Of a stretch of 64,000 nt of DNA, positions 9,106 to 18,832 are shown piece after piece (within the stretch, counting starts at the first letter, position 1; the number at the start of each line of letters is the position of its first letter). The DNA lies in contig OY764159.1 of NCBI GenBank assembly GCA_963668175.1, positions 1,952,001 to 2,016,000 on the forward strand, in the 5' to 3' direction. A program made the position numbers and the translations under genes. Source of the DNA: Syntrophales bacterium. Its GTDB lineage: Bacteria; Desulfobacterota; Syntrophia; Syntrophales; PHBD01. The notes below the pieces were generated by a model. That model worked only from the letters and a program-made list of their open reading frames with translations, was not told the origin of the DNA and ran no database searches.

Positions 9106-10092
9106 TCATTTTACGGTAGATTGACAATTGGTTATGTTTTCAATTGCAGCCTTGATTTCATGCTCTGCCTCATTCCATTGATTATCCCAAGTTACCCTTG
9201 AATCCGCACTAAATGCCTCTGAAGCGAGCAGTTGAATCGATTTTAGTTGTTCTTTTAAAGCCGATATAATCTTTTCTCTGTTCGTCGCAGACATGAAACA
9301 AGGGGCAAACGAATCGCCTGTGTATCCATTGCCCAAAATGCTAACAACAGAACGTACTGTTTCAACTCTCTTTAATCCCTTGAATAGCTTGTCTAGATTA
9401 CGCTCTAAAGGTTTTATGTAGAGATCGCCCTCAGAATCATTAGATGTATAAAAGCTGCTAAGTGAATATCCAGCACTTGCTCTTACCTCTGAATTCGGAT
9501 CATTCGCTATTATATTGATTATCATGGGCACGAAGCGATTTGGCTTACCCCTTAGGAAAAATGCTGCCGTCTCCCTGACAGCGGGAGACTTATCTTTTAA
9601 CCCAAGCTCATTGTATTTATCCCTATCCTCACGCAACTGAAGATTGATTTTATGTAAGGCTTCTTGCCTAGCTTTTCCTGTTTTTCCATGAATGAACTTT
9701 ACAGTCTGGTCTTTAGCCGTAGATGGATCAACTTTTAGGTAGACGCAATAAACGCTGTAATTGTCTGACAAAGCTTTTTGTGCGTCGTCGTATAATTTTA
9801 CTCCGATACTTTCGTTAAACGTCTGACCACGTTCTATCCTGACAAATTTAAATTCGCATTTTGATGATGGTCTTCTAAGTTCAATAACTGAATATTCGCT
9901 TTCTGAACGGATTATTTTGTATGATGCCTTTTTGCATTCCTCTATACTTATTTTGTCTTTATCAAGAACAATGAATGATGACTGGCAGCCTCGTGAAAAG
10001 CCTTGATAGACGCCAAAGAAGGTATCCGTTGATCCTGCATAACAGGTAAGAGGCATGAAAACCAAACAACAAAAGATAATGTATTTTTTCAT
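9106..10092 (-). CDS. Secreted protein with C-terminal HEAT-like repeats, AT-rich (likely acquired)
   Basis: Signal peptide MKKYIIFCCLVFMPLTCYA; repeats LKDKSPAVRETAAFFL and ANDPNSEVRASAGYSL; markedly AT-rich DNA. Confidence 0.7.
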   Translation of the reverse strand: MKKYIIFCCLVFMPLTCYAGSTDTFFGVYQGFSRGCQSSFIVLDKDKISIEECKKASYKIIRSESEYSVIELRRPSSKCEFKFVRIERGQTFNESIGVKLYDDAQKALSDNYSVYCVYLKVDPSTAKDQTVKFIHGKTGKARQEALHKINLQLREDRDKYNELGLKDKSPAVRETAAFFLRGKPNRFVPMIINIIANDPNSEVRASAGYSLSSFYTSNDSEGDLYIKPLERNLDKLFKGLKRVETVRSVVSILGNGYTGDSFAPCFMSATNREKIISALKEQLKSIQLLASEAFSADSRVTWDNQWNEAEHEIKAAIENITNCQSTVK

Positions 10093-10442
10093 GGCAATAC
10101 TCTTATTAACGCTGATCGAAGATTTCCATAAACAGACTTGAAGCATTTCGTTGGTTGCAGATGAAATATCCTTTACTCATGAAAGACTGAAAATTCAATA
10201 GCAAAAAATATTAGCAAAAATATTAGAGTGCTGTTTCGGAATGGACTGAATTAGCAAGAGACTCAGTGCATGGCTATTTAAGAATACTATTTGAAAGGTT
10301 CTACGCCAGTTGTTAAACCATGTTTATTGAGTATAGGAAGAAAGTAATGAATGTGCCATCGCCGCCGCAATCGCTGTCAAGGTTATCCCGCTTAAAGAAA
10401 ACGCGGACGTTCCTTGCTCCGGCCTGCCGGCCCCGCTTCTCC

Positions 10443-10627
10443 TTACCGGCCCGGGCCTTCGCCGTAGACGGCGCATTCGAGGAACGCCTTGGCTGCGGAG
10501 GTCATGTACTTGTCCTTCCTGTAGGCGAAATAGAAATCCCTCGTCATGTCGACGCCGTCAAGGCGCAGCGATTTGATCACGCCCGGATGTTCTTCGCGGG
10601 CGATCGCCGCCCGGGAGATGGCGGAGA
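10443..10627 (-). pseudogene. Duplicated 3'-terminal fragment of the LysR gene
   Basis: Aligns without gaps to 12151-12335; encodes ...SRAAIAREEHPGVIKSLRLDGVDMTRDFYFAYRKDKYMTSAAKAFLECAVYGEGPGR*. Confidence 0.9.
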
Positions 10628-10696
10628 CGACCGATCCCGGGAGCAGGCAGCGACGAAGGCCGCCAAATTTTCACATTGCGCCCGCTTGCGACCGCA

Positions 10697-11713
10697 TTAC
10701 AGGAAGTTCTTGTAATCCGCCCAGTTCTCTTCCAGAAGCTTCGGCGTATCCAGTCCATAAGGGCAATGATCGCTGCAATGGTCGCAATGAATGCAGTCGT
10801 CGATCTTCTTCATCTTTTCCTTCCATTCGTCGTTCAGATAGATGGATACGGGCGCGCGGCGGATCATGAGCGACATCCGGGCCGACGTGGGAATATCGAT
10901 TTCGGCGGGGCAGGGCAGGCAATAACCGCAGCCCCGGCAGAAATTCCCGCCAAGTTCGTCACGGTCCTTTTTAATCACCGCCTTCAGTTTCTTCGTCAGG
11001 GACGGCGGATGATCGATATACCGGATGAACTCGTCCAATTCCTTCTCCCTTTGTACGCCCCAAATCGGCAGGACGTGATCGTATTGTGCCAGGTAGGCAT
11101 AAGCAGCCGCCGAGTCGGCGATAAGGCCGCCGGCCAGGGATTTCATGGCGATGAATCCGATCCCTTTTTTCTTGCAAAGATTGACCAGGGCAAGGTCCTT
11201 CTTCGCGGCCAGGTAGCTGAAAGGAAACTGGATGGTCTCGTACAATCCGGACTCGGCGGCCTCCAGCGCGACGGGAAGACGATGATTCGTGATGCCGATG
11301 TGTCTGATCATCTTTTTCTTCTTCGCCTCCAGCATCGCCTCGTATAAGCCCGTGCCGTCGCCGGGCTTCGGACAGGATTTGGGATTATGGAACTGATAGA
11401 TATCGAGATAGTCCGTCTTTAATAATTGCAGGGATGTATGGAGCTGGTCCCAGAACTCCTCCGTCTTGGTGCACATGGTCTTGGTGGCGATGAAGACGTG
11501 TTTTCGCACGTCGCTCAGGGCATAACCCAGCTTTTCCTCGCTGTCGGTATAAAACCTGGCCGTGTCGAAAAACGTGATGCCGCTCCGGTACGCCTTCTTC
11601 AATAACAGCGCCGCATCTTCCCTATCGATCCGCTGTATCGGAAGCGCACCGAAACCGTTCTTGTTCACCGTAATTCCTGTCCTGCCCAATGTTACCTGAT
11701 CCATAGTCGTCAT
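10697..11713 (-). CDS. Aldo/keto reductase with C-terminal 4Fe-4S dicluster domain
   Basis: LGRTG, FDTARFY, IATK, DYLDIYQFH, IAMKSLAGG; CRGCGYCLPCP and CIHCDHCSDHCP. Confidence 0.9.
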   Translation of the reverse strand: MTTMDQVTLGRTGITVNKNGFGALPIQRIDREDAALLLKKAYRSGITFFDTARFYTDSEEKLGYALSDVRKHVFIATKTMCTKTEEFWDQLHTSLQLLKTDYLDIYQFHNPKSCPKPGDGTGLYEAMLEAKKKKMIRHIGITNHRLPVALEAAESGLYETIQFPFSYLAAKKDLALVNLCKKKGIGFIAMKSLAGGLIADSAAAYAYLAQYDHVLPIWGVQREKELDEFIRYIDHPPSLTKKLKAVIKKDRDELGGNFCRGCGYCLPCPAEIDIPTSARMSLMIRRAPVSIYLNDEWKEKMKKIDDCIHCDHCSDHCPYGLDTPKLLEENWADYKNFL

Positions 11714-12150
11714 TTTCCTCTGTGTGATAAGAAATAAAATTCGCGCCCCCGGTTTGTTCGATCATAACGCCGGAAAATACCGGGGCGGCTGTCCTTCCGG
11801 CATGCAACGCGGGTATTCCGGCGCCGTTATTATTACATCATTCGCATCCGCTTTGCATGCTTTTCAATCGGTCTTTTCCGTTCAGGGGATGTCCTGTTCC
11901 CATGAAATGCAGTCAGCGGCGGATCGCCGGGGATATAGTATTATCCCCGGAACAACCGCATGCCGAGAGAAGTTTGCCGCGGCTTTCTTCCTGCCGGAGA
12001 CGGATTTTTTGCCGAAGACGTTTTCCTGCGGCATCGCGATGCAGGCATTCCCCGAGACGCCGATTCGGCCTGTTCGGAAGTTGGCCGAATCTTGCCGCCA
12101 TGCTGAACGCTTTCAGCGGAAAGGCGAATCATGTCTCGTGCCGCCGCGTC

Positions 12151-13050
12151 CTACCGGCCCGGGCCTTCGCCGTAGACGGCGCATTCGAGGAAAGCCTTGG
12201 CCGCGGAGGTCATGTACTTGTCCTTCCTGTGGGCGAAGTAGAAATCCCGCGTCATGTCGACGCCGTCGAGGCGCAGCGATTTGATTACGCCCAGATGTTC
12301 TTCCCGCGCGATCGCCGCCCGCGAGATAATGGAGATGCCCAGGCCGGACTCGACGGCCTTCTTCACCGCCTCCGTGTGGCCGAACTCGATGCAGTTCTTA
12401 AGGACGACCCCCGCCCGGCCAAGCCTCTCTTCGACGATGCGCCTCGTTCCCGAGCCGCGCTGGGAGATGATGAAGGGCTGCGCCGCGAGGGCGTGGGGCT
12501 CGACGGCGTCTTTCCGCGCCCAGGCGTGTCCTGCCGGGACGATCAGCACCAGCTCGTCCTTCATGAACGCGCCGGAACGGAGTTTCCCGTCGGCGACGGG
12601 GGCCCCGAGGAAGCCGATGTCGATGGCGTTGTCGAGGATCATGTCCGCGACCTGGCGGTTCAGGACGATGTCGAGGCTCAGTTCGATGCGGGGATGGAGG
12701 TGCCTGAACCGGCTCATGATCCCGGGCAGGATGTAGATGCCCAGTGTGATGCTCGCGCCGATCCTGAGCGACCCGCGCTCGAACCCCTGGAGTTCGTCGA
12801 TCTCGACCTTCGACTGGTCGATGGCGTTGAAGATCGTCTCCGTCCGGGCGTAAAGGACCTCGCCCGCCTCCGTGAGGACGACCTTCTTGCCCAGGCGGTC
12901 GAAGAGCCTGACGCCGTAGTAATCCTCCAGGTCCTTGATGTGCTTGCTGATCCCCGGCTGCGTGAGAAAGAGGGCCTCGGCGGCGCGGGTGAAGCTCTGA
13001 AGCTTCGCCGCCACGTGGAACACCTTGAGCTGGTTCAGGTTGACATCCAT
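12151..13050 (-). CDS. LysR-family transcriptional regulator (CysL-like)
   Basis: HTH NLNQLKVF...SFTRAAEALFLTQPGIS; SQRGSGTR; EAVKKAVESGLGIS; divergent from 13144 across an AT-rich spacer. Confidence 0.95.
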   Translation of the reverse strand: MDVNLNQLKVFHVAAKLQSFTRAAEALFLTQPGISKHIKDLEDYYGVRLFDRLGKKVVLTEAGEVLYARTETIFNAIDQSKVEIDELQGFERGSLRIGASITLGIYILPGIMSRFRHLHPRIELSLDIVLNRQVADMILDNAIDIGFLGAPVADGKLRSGAFMKDELVLIVPAGHAWARKDAVEPHALAAQPFIISQRGSGTRRIVEERLGRAGVVLKNCIEFGHTEAVKKAVESGLGISIISRAAIAREEHLGVIKSLRLDGVDMTRDFYFAHRKDKYMTSAAKAFLECAVYGEGPGR

Positions 13051-13143
13051 AATTTATCCTTATGGTTATAATTATAATAATTCATTTGATTTATATCATG
13101 CAGGCGCTCATGGTATCAATTAAAAAAAGAGGAGGTGGGCGTT

Positions 13144-13590
13144 ATGAACAAAGCGGAAAAAACGGCCGATTTGCATCGAAACGGCGGCTTGAGCTGTTCC
13201 CAGGCGTTGCTGACCGTTTTCGGGGAAGCGTACGGTATCGATCCGGACAAGGCGAGAATCCTTGGCCGGACGCTGGCGGGCGGTATCGGAGGGCAGGGGG
13301 AAGTCTGCGGGTACGTCACGTCGGCGCTTTTGATCCTGGCCCACGCCTGTAACGATCCGGACGAAGCGCAGGCGAGAAAGCAGACCCATCCCGCCGTCGA
13401 ATCCCTGCTCCGTCAGTTCCGGGAGCGGCGCGGAACCCTGCTGTGCAAGGAACTTCTGGGCGCGGACTTCGGCACGCCGGAGGGGAAAAAGAAGATCGTC
13501 GAGGAAAAACTGGTCGCCGGGAAGTGCCATTGCGGCGGCGGAATCGCTCACGATGCGGCCGCCATCCTGGAATCGCTGCTGCCCGGGTGA
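13144..13590 (+). CDS. C_GCAxxG_C_C family putative redox protein
   Basis: CSQA, GGIGGxGEVCG, LLCKELLG and KC motifs; RBS GAGGAGG. Confidence 0.85.
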   Translation: MNKAEKTADLHRNGGLSCSQALLTVFGEAYGIDPDKARILGRTLAGGIGGQGEVCGYVTSALLILAHACNDPDEAQARKQTHPAVESLLRQFRERRGTLLCKELLGADFGTPEGKKKIVEEKLVAGKCHCGGGIAHDAAAILESLLPG

Positions 13591-13774
13591 TGCCTCCCGT
13601 CTACGACCGAGAAGGCTGTCCTGCGGGTTATCGTGACTCGTATTGCGGGGTCGCCGCCGTCCGAACGGGGTGGACTTCCCGCCGGCACCCCGGCCGGCGA
13701 ACGGAAAATGCGAGGGGACTGCGCGAAAGAAGACATTCGCGCAGCCTCCCGAACGTGTACGGGTTTAGGGTTTG

Positions 13775-14344
13775 TCAGAAGAGATGGATGGCCGTCGGCG
13801 CCAGGAAACCCACAAGACTGAGAATGACGGCCACGATGCCGAGTCCTCCGGAGATCCAGATCAAGGCGGCCACGCCGGTGATAATCTGCGCCGAAGCGAG
13901 GACGATGGCGATCTGCAGGGCCGCCGAAGACAGCTCGTAATAGTGATACGAGGCCATGGCGCGGACACGGTTCTTTTCGGCCTCTTTCGCCCGCACGGCC
14001 AGCTCCTTGCGCCCCTCCCTGGTTTCCGGTTCCGAATCGTAGGTTGCCGCAACCTTCCTCCAGTCTTCAACCCGCTTCTTGAGCGCTTCCGCTTTGGCCG
14101 GGTTCTTTTCGTGCTTCAAGTCGACGTCGGCGGCGTCCGCGGCGGTCCGCAGCGTCGTCATGCGAATCGTCTTCGCCTGAAAGAACGCCCAAAGGTTGGA
14201 TGCTTCGATGTTGTAGCTGAGCGCCGACGTTTGGGCGCTCTTGGCGAAGGTTTCGCTCAGCGCCAGAAAAAGCGCCAGAACGGATATGAGCAATGCAATT
14301 TTCTTGTTGGCCGGATCGACATGGCCGGCACCGTGCCCTGACAT
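13775..14344 (-). CDS. DUF4337-like membrane protein
   Basis: ASNLWAFFQAKTIR and ALQIAIVLAS motifs; three TM segments; RBS AGGAGG. Confidence 0.8.
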   Translation of the reverse strand: MSGHGAGHVDPANKKIALLISVLALFLALSETFAKSAQTSALSYNIEASNLWAFFQAKTIRMTTLRTAADAADVDLKHEKNPAKAEALKKRVEDWRKVAATYDSEPETREGRKELAVRAKEAEKNRVRAMASYHYYELSSAALQIAIVLASAQIITGVAALIWISGGLGIVAVILSLVGFLAPTAIHLF

Positions 14345-14599
14345 AGATACCTCCTTTTTCGCATCGGGGACGCGATGTCTTTTGAATAATCTTGAATGAC
14401 GATTGCTTTCGACGGCGGGATTATAGGCGGGGGCGTGTTTCCTGTCAAAGTAAATCTATCGCACAAAACATCCGGCGGAAAGAGACATGCTATTGACATG
14501 CGCACGCTCTCTTCATATACTGCCCACGACGAACAAGCGGATGACGCGGTATCGAGGAATCCGGGCATTCCCTTTCGGGGGGCCCGCCGGGAGGACGGT

Positions 14600-15970
14600 A
14601 TGGTCGGCAATCTCAGGGAAGGCCGGTGCCTGGCGATAGCGGCGCAGGCGATCCTGCTCTCTCTTCTTTTTCAGCTGGCAGGGTGCGAAAACGTATCCAA
14701 TTATCTCGGCTACATGTCGCGAAAGAGCACGCTGTCCAACACGTTTCACGACCGCCCGAGCCTCCAGGTGCTGCGGGACCTTGCCCCGGAGAATTGCTAT
14801 TCCCTGGACGGGACGATCGAGGCGGAGAATTTTTTTGAAGAGCCCGTTCTCGTCGTCGCCGTTTCCGACCGGTACCAGTCCCGCGAGATCGTCGCCTCCC
14901 GTATCGTCCGCGCCCCGGCGCTCTACTATTCCATCTTTCTTCCCGAAGGCGATTACGACATTTATATCTTCGCCGATCTGAACAAGAACGGCATATTCGA
15001 ACAAAACGAGCTTGTCGGCCGGACGGCGCCCGGCAAGCCCGTTACCGTCGCCAGGGGCAGGGCGGTGGATAATATCCTGGTCAACGGCCCGCCTATTAAG
15101 CTGGACCTCCGCCGGCCGGCGACGGCGGACATTCCCGTAAACGCTCCGGTTGCCGTGTCGGGCTACCGGTACGACTCCCTCGACAACGATTTCTTCGACG
15201 CCCGCTGGGGAACCATGGGCATCTACCGGCCGACGGAATTCCTGGCCCACACGCAGGGCGCGTTTTTCGCGCTGGACGAATACGATCCCGACAAGACGAT
15301 GGTCCTCTTTGTCCACGGCGTCGAAGGCACGCCGCAGGACTGGAAATACCTCGTCGAGGGCCTCGACCGGAAGCGTTTCCAGCCGTGGTTCTATTTCTAC
15401 GCGTCGGGACTTCCTCTCGACAAGCTGGGATCGATCCTGGGCGGCTCCATCGAGGTCTTCGACGAACTCAGGGAATACCGCCTGAAGCGTCTGGTCATCG
15501 TGGCCCACAGCATGGGCGGCCTCGTGGCGCGCTCGGCCATCGACAAGGTCTGCCGGAACGGCAAACCGCCCTATCTCAAGATGTATATCTCCCTGTCGTC
15601 GCCGTACGGCGGCGTCGAGGACGCGAACGAGGGGATCAAGACCGCGCCCGTCGTCGTCCCGTCCTGGCGCGACGTGGCGACGGAGAGCCTTTTCCTTCAG
15701 AACATCTACCAGCGCGACCTGCCGCCCGACGTGCCCTTCCACATGTTCTTCGGCTACCGCAACAAGTCTGGGGTGAGCAGCGACGGCACGATCACCCTGC
15801 GGAGCCAGCTCGACTACCGGGTCCATCTGAAGGCCGTCAAGACCTACGGCTTCGACGTCACCCATGTCGGCATCCTGAACGACGAGGCCGTGCGCAAGGA
15901 GTTCTACCGGCTTCTCGATACCGTCGCGCCTCGGGAACGTTCGGCGGGCAATCCGGGAGGTGCGAAATGA
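14600..15970 (+). CDS. Lipoprotein alpha/beta hydrolase (lipase/esterase-like)
   Basis: Lipobox LAGC; VLFVHG, nucleophile elbow AHSMGG, SSPYGG, SDG and TH; RBS GGAGG before ATG 14600. Confidence 0.8.
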   Translation: MVGNLREGRCLAIAAQAILLSLLFQLAGCENVSNYLGYMSRKSTLSNTFHDRPSLQVLRDLAPENCYSLDGTIEAENFFEEPVLVVAVSDRYQSREIVASRIVRAPALYYSIFLPEGDYDIYIFADLNKNGIFEQNELVGRTAPGKPVTVARGRAVDNILVNGPPIKLDLRRPATADIPVNAPVAVSGYRYDSLDNDFFDARWGTMGIYRPTEFLAHTQGAFFALDEYDPDKTMVLFVHGVEGTPQDWKYLVEGLDRKRFQPWFYFYASGLPLDKLGSILGGSIEVFDELREYRLKRLVIVAHSMGGLVARSAIDKVCRNGKPPYLKMYISLSSPYGGVEDANEGIKTAPVVVPSWRDVATESLFLQNIYQRDLPPDVPFHMFFGYRNKSGVSSDGTITLRSQLDYRVHLKAVKTYGFDVTHVGILNDEAVRKEFYRLLDTVAPRERSAGNPGGAK

Positions 15971-17160
15971 AGAAGCGGTTCATCGTCCTGTGCCTGATTC
16001 TTGCGGCGGCGGCCGCCCCGGCGGCGGGGCAGGATAATGCCGTGCCGCGAAACGGACAAGCGGCCGTGCGGGAGGCCGAGCGGGTGACGATGGCGTTCAT
16101 CGGGCCTCTCAGCGGGCCGTATCGACAGGTCGGGAAGGAGGCGGCGCAGGTCCTCAGGCTTCTCGTCGCCGACGTCAACGCGAAGGGCGGCGTCCTCGGG
16201 CGGCCGGTGGAGGTGTTCTACGCCGACGACGGGGACGATCCCGGAAAGGCGTTGCAGGCAGGGAAGGCCATGGTCGGCCGGGGGATCGTTGCGGCCGTCG
16301 GCTCCCTGCAATCGGGCGCGACGGCGGCGCTCCAGGGCGTCTTCAACGACGCGAAGATCGTCCATGTCTCGTACGGTTCGACGGCGCCGTCCCTCACGGA
16401 GAAGGGTTACCGGTACTTCTTCCGCACGTGCCCCCAGGACAACGAACAGGCCAGGGTCGTCGCGAACCGGATTCGCCGGGCGGGGGTCAAGAAAGCGGCC
16501 CTCCTCCACGACGGGAGTCTCTACGGCAGGGAGCTGGCGGACAGAATCGGCAAATACCTTTTCGATTTCATGATCGACGTGGTCTACCAGGGCGCCCTGA
16601 CGCCGGGGCGGGCGGACTATGCGCCGGAGCTTGCGAAGGTCAGGGCGGCGGGGCCGGAGGTGCTCTTCTATGGGGGCTACTACCCCGAGGCGGCGGCGCT
16701 TCTTAAAAGCCGGGAACGGATGCAGTGGGACGCCGTCTTCGTGGGCGGCGACGGCACGGACAATCCGGAACTCGTCCGGCTTGCCGGCCGGAAGGCCGCC
16801 GAGGGCTTCTACTTCATCGGCGCGCCCGCGCCTTCGGACCTCAAGTCGACCAGGGCGAAATCGTTCCTTGCCCGCTACCGGGAGGCCTACGGGGAAGACC
16901 TTACGTCCGTCCATGCCCTTTTTGCCGGCGACGCCTTTCTGGCCCTCGTGGCCGCCGTCGAAAAGACGGGGACGACCGCGGCGGAAAAGGTGGCCGATTA
17001 CCTCCACCGGACCTACGTCAATCCCGCGGGACTGACGGGAAACCTCTACTTCGATTACAAGGGCGACGTCGTGGGAGACCTCCAGGCCGTCTACAGGATC
17101 GACGCCGAAGGCCGCAGCGTCCTGCAAAGGTTCATGGAAAAGGGTCGGTCCGTCGAGTGA
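15967..17160 (+). CDS. Branched-chain amino-acid ABC substrate-binding protein (LivJ/LivK-like), orphan
   Basis: GPLSG, VNAKGGVLGR, YFFRTCPQD, FYGGYYPEA; ATGA overlap with the hydrolase stop. Confidence 0.9.
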   Translation: MKKRFIVLCLILAAAAAPAAGQDNAVPRNGQAAVREAERVTMAFIGPLSGPYRQVGKEAAQVLRLLVADVNAKGGVLGRPVEVFYADDGDDPGKALQAGKAMVGRGIVAAVGSLQSGATAALQGVFNDAKIVHVSYGSTAPSLTEKGYRYFFRTCPQDNEQARVVANRIRRAGVKKAALLHDGSLYGRELADRIGKYLFDFMIDVVYQGALTPGRADYAPELAKVRAAGPEVLFYGGYYPEAAALLKSRERMQWDAVFVGGDGTDNPELVRLAGRKAAEGFYFIGAPAPSDLKSTRAKSFLARYREAYGEDLTSVHALFAGDAFLALVAAVEKTGTTAAEKVADYLHRTYVNPAGLTGNLYFDYKGDVVGDLQAVYRIDAEGRSVLQRFMEKGRSVE

Positions 17161-17287
17161 AGAGACATGCCTTCCGCCAGGTCGGTGTGCGGCGCTTTGC
17201 CGAAGCGAGAGATTATACCTACCGTTTCACTGCCTAAAATATATTATAACAATATTAAGCATGTGATAATGTCTGTAGCGAAAAATC

Positions 17288-17495
17288 TGTAAAATAAACC
17301 GACATTGCCATTCTTTCTTACATCCCCTGCTCTATCTGAAAATATCAATATAATAGTATGGTTAGTAAGGAAGCACGCACGTTCCGGGTCGCCGGGATGT
17401 AAAGAGATATTACACAAATGCGAAGGTGCAAGACAGGTCGAATCTTAATTAAACGTTTATAATCGAGGAGTTATTTGATTGGTACTGTTTGTGCT
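17288..17495 (+). promoter_or_regulatory. Sigma54 promoter with two TGT-N11-ACA enhancer boxes (PEP-CTERM/PrsR-type)
   Basis: TGTAAAATAAACCGACA 17288-17304; TGTAAAGAGATATTACA 17398-17414; TTGGTACTGTTTGTGCT (GG-N10-GC) 17479-17495. Confidence 0.7.
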
Positions 17496-17602
17496 CCAAG
17501 TTATCGTTATCATCGGCGCGACGTGCCGAGAAAAGGGAGGGGCTTTCGAGGCCGCTCGAAGCTCTCGATAAAACAGATAATCACCGAAAAAGGAGCATAG
17601 AC

Positions 17603-18238
17603 ATGAAAAAGGTAATTGTCGTGTGTATCATGATCTGCCTGGCGCTGTGCGGTCAGGCTTCTGCAGCGTCTCTCAGCCCGACGGACGACGCCTATGTCCT
17701 CAGCAAGTACCCCACCACCGTCACCGGCAACAGCGAAACGTTCAGCATAGGTGCGACGGCCGCATCCGGTTATATAAGGACGTTTTTGAAGTTCGATTTG
17801 ACGGGTTATACAAATATTGAATCAGCGACATTATGGCTGTATAACTTTTACGGTGCCACCGGTACGCCGGTTACCGTAAGCGTTTATTCGGCTTCAAACG
17901 CCTGGAGCGAGACGACGCTGACTTATAATAATCAGCCTGCTTATTCAGGCGCCCCTGTTAACGCTACACTGGGCATCACGGGCGGTTGGTTTTCATGGGA
18001 TGTCGGTTCGTTGGCGCAAGCTGCGGCCGGGAATCAATTATCTTTGGCTATGATTATGCAACTGGGGGGATACGGATCGCAGAATTTTTATTCCGACGAA
18101 TATACCGGCAATATCGCTCTCAGACCTTATCTTGACGTAACCGCTGCCGCACCCGTTCCGGAGCCTGCGACCATGCTGCTCCTCGGCCTCGGTCTGGCCG
18201 GCATTGCGTTAGCGAGGAAGTCTAAGAAAAGATCATGA
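17603..18238 (+). CDS. PEP-CTERM sorting-domain protein with DNRLRE/CBM96-like domain
   Basis: Signal peptide; DDAYV, FLKFDL, WSETTLTYNNQP, RPYLDV; C-terminal VPEPATMLLLGLGLAGIALARKSKKRS. Confidence 0.9.
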   Translation: MKKVIVVCIMICLALCGQASAASLSPTDDAYVLSKYPTTVTGNSETFSIGATAASGYIRTFLKFDLTGYTNIESATLWLYNFYGATGTPVTVSVYSASNAWSETTLTYNNQPAYSGAPVNATLGITGGWFSWDVGSLAQAAAGNQLSLAMIMQLGGYGSQNFYSDEYTGNIALRPYLDVTAAAPVPEPATMLLLGLGLAGIALARKSKKRS

Positions 18239-18260
18239 AACAAGGGATTGACGACATGCT

Positions 18261-18299
18261 GAAGGGCAGGGCGATCATCGACCCTGCCTTCCCTTTTTT
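18261..18299 (+). terminator. Intrinsic terminator
   Basis: GAAGGGCAGGG...CCCTGCCTTC followed by a T-run. Confidence 0.65.
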
Positions 18300-18832
18300 C
18301 TCCGGAGCGCGAATGGCGTTAACCCCGCTTCGGGGCATCGTCTTTTAAAATACTGAAAAAACGCGTCGGCTCACCCCGACCGCAGCGGCGCCAGTCCGAT
18401 GCTCCGCTGTCCCGCTTGAATCCGTCGTCATTCTTGCCGTCGCCCAATCTCCATATCATGAGCTGAAAATCTTCATTTGACAGCCGGCATTTTTACACAT
18501 TATTTTCGTTTTCTCGGCAACAAGTTGTCCATTGACGGTATGACCGGCGTTCGGGTGTTATGCTAACCAATCGCGCAGATATATCCATGCGTTGGAAAAT
18601 GGCACCCATAACGCTTCCTATGGCGTATCAAAGATCATCGCATGATCACCGCGTTGATGTCGCTTCTGCCTGACGGAATCCCCGCAGAAAAGAGGGGGCT
18701 AAGCGAAATAAGCCCTGCGAATGTGGGGTCTTATAAACCGTGGTTCTTGCCGTGGGAGGGGAAGGCTGAGTGTTACGTGAATCTGCTTTAAGCTTTCCTG
18801 CGATCTCCATGTGGCGCGGTATGTGAGGGGAT

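Noticed and set aside
10443..12335. LysR 3'-end repeat as a DGR template/variable repeat pair
   Set aside because: Mismatches are mostly synonymous and not adenine-specific, and there is no reverse transcriptase in the window.
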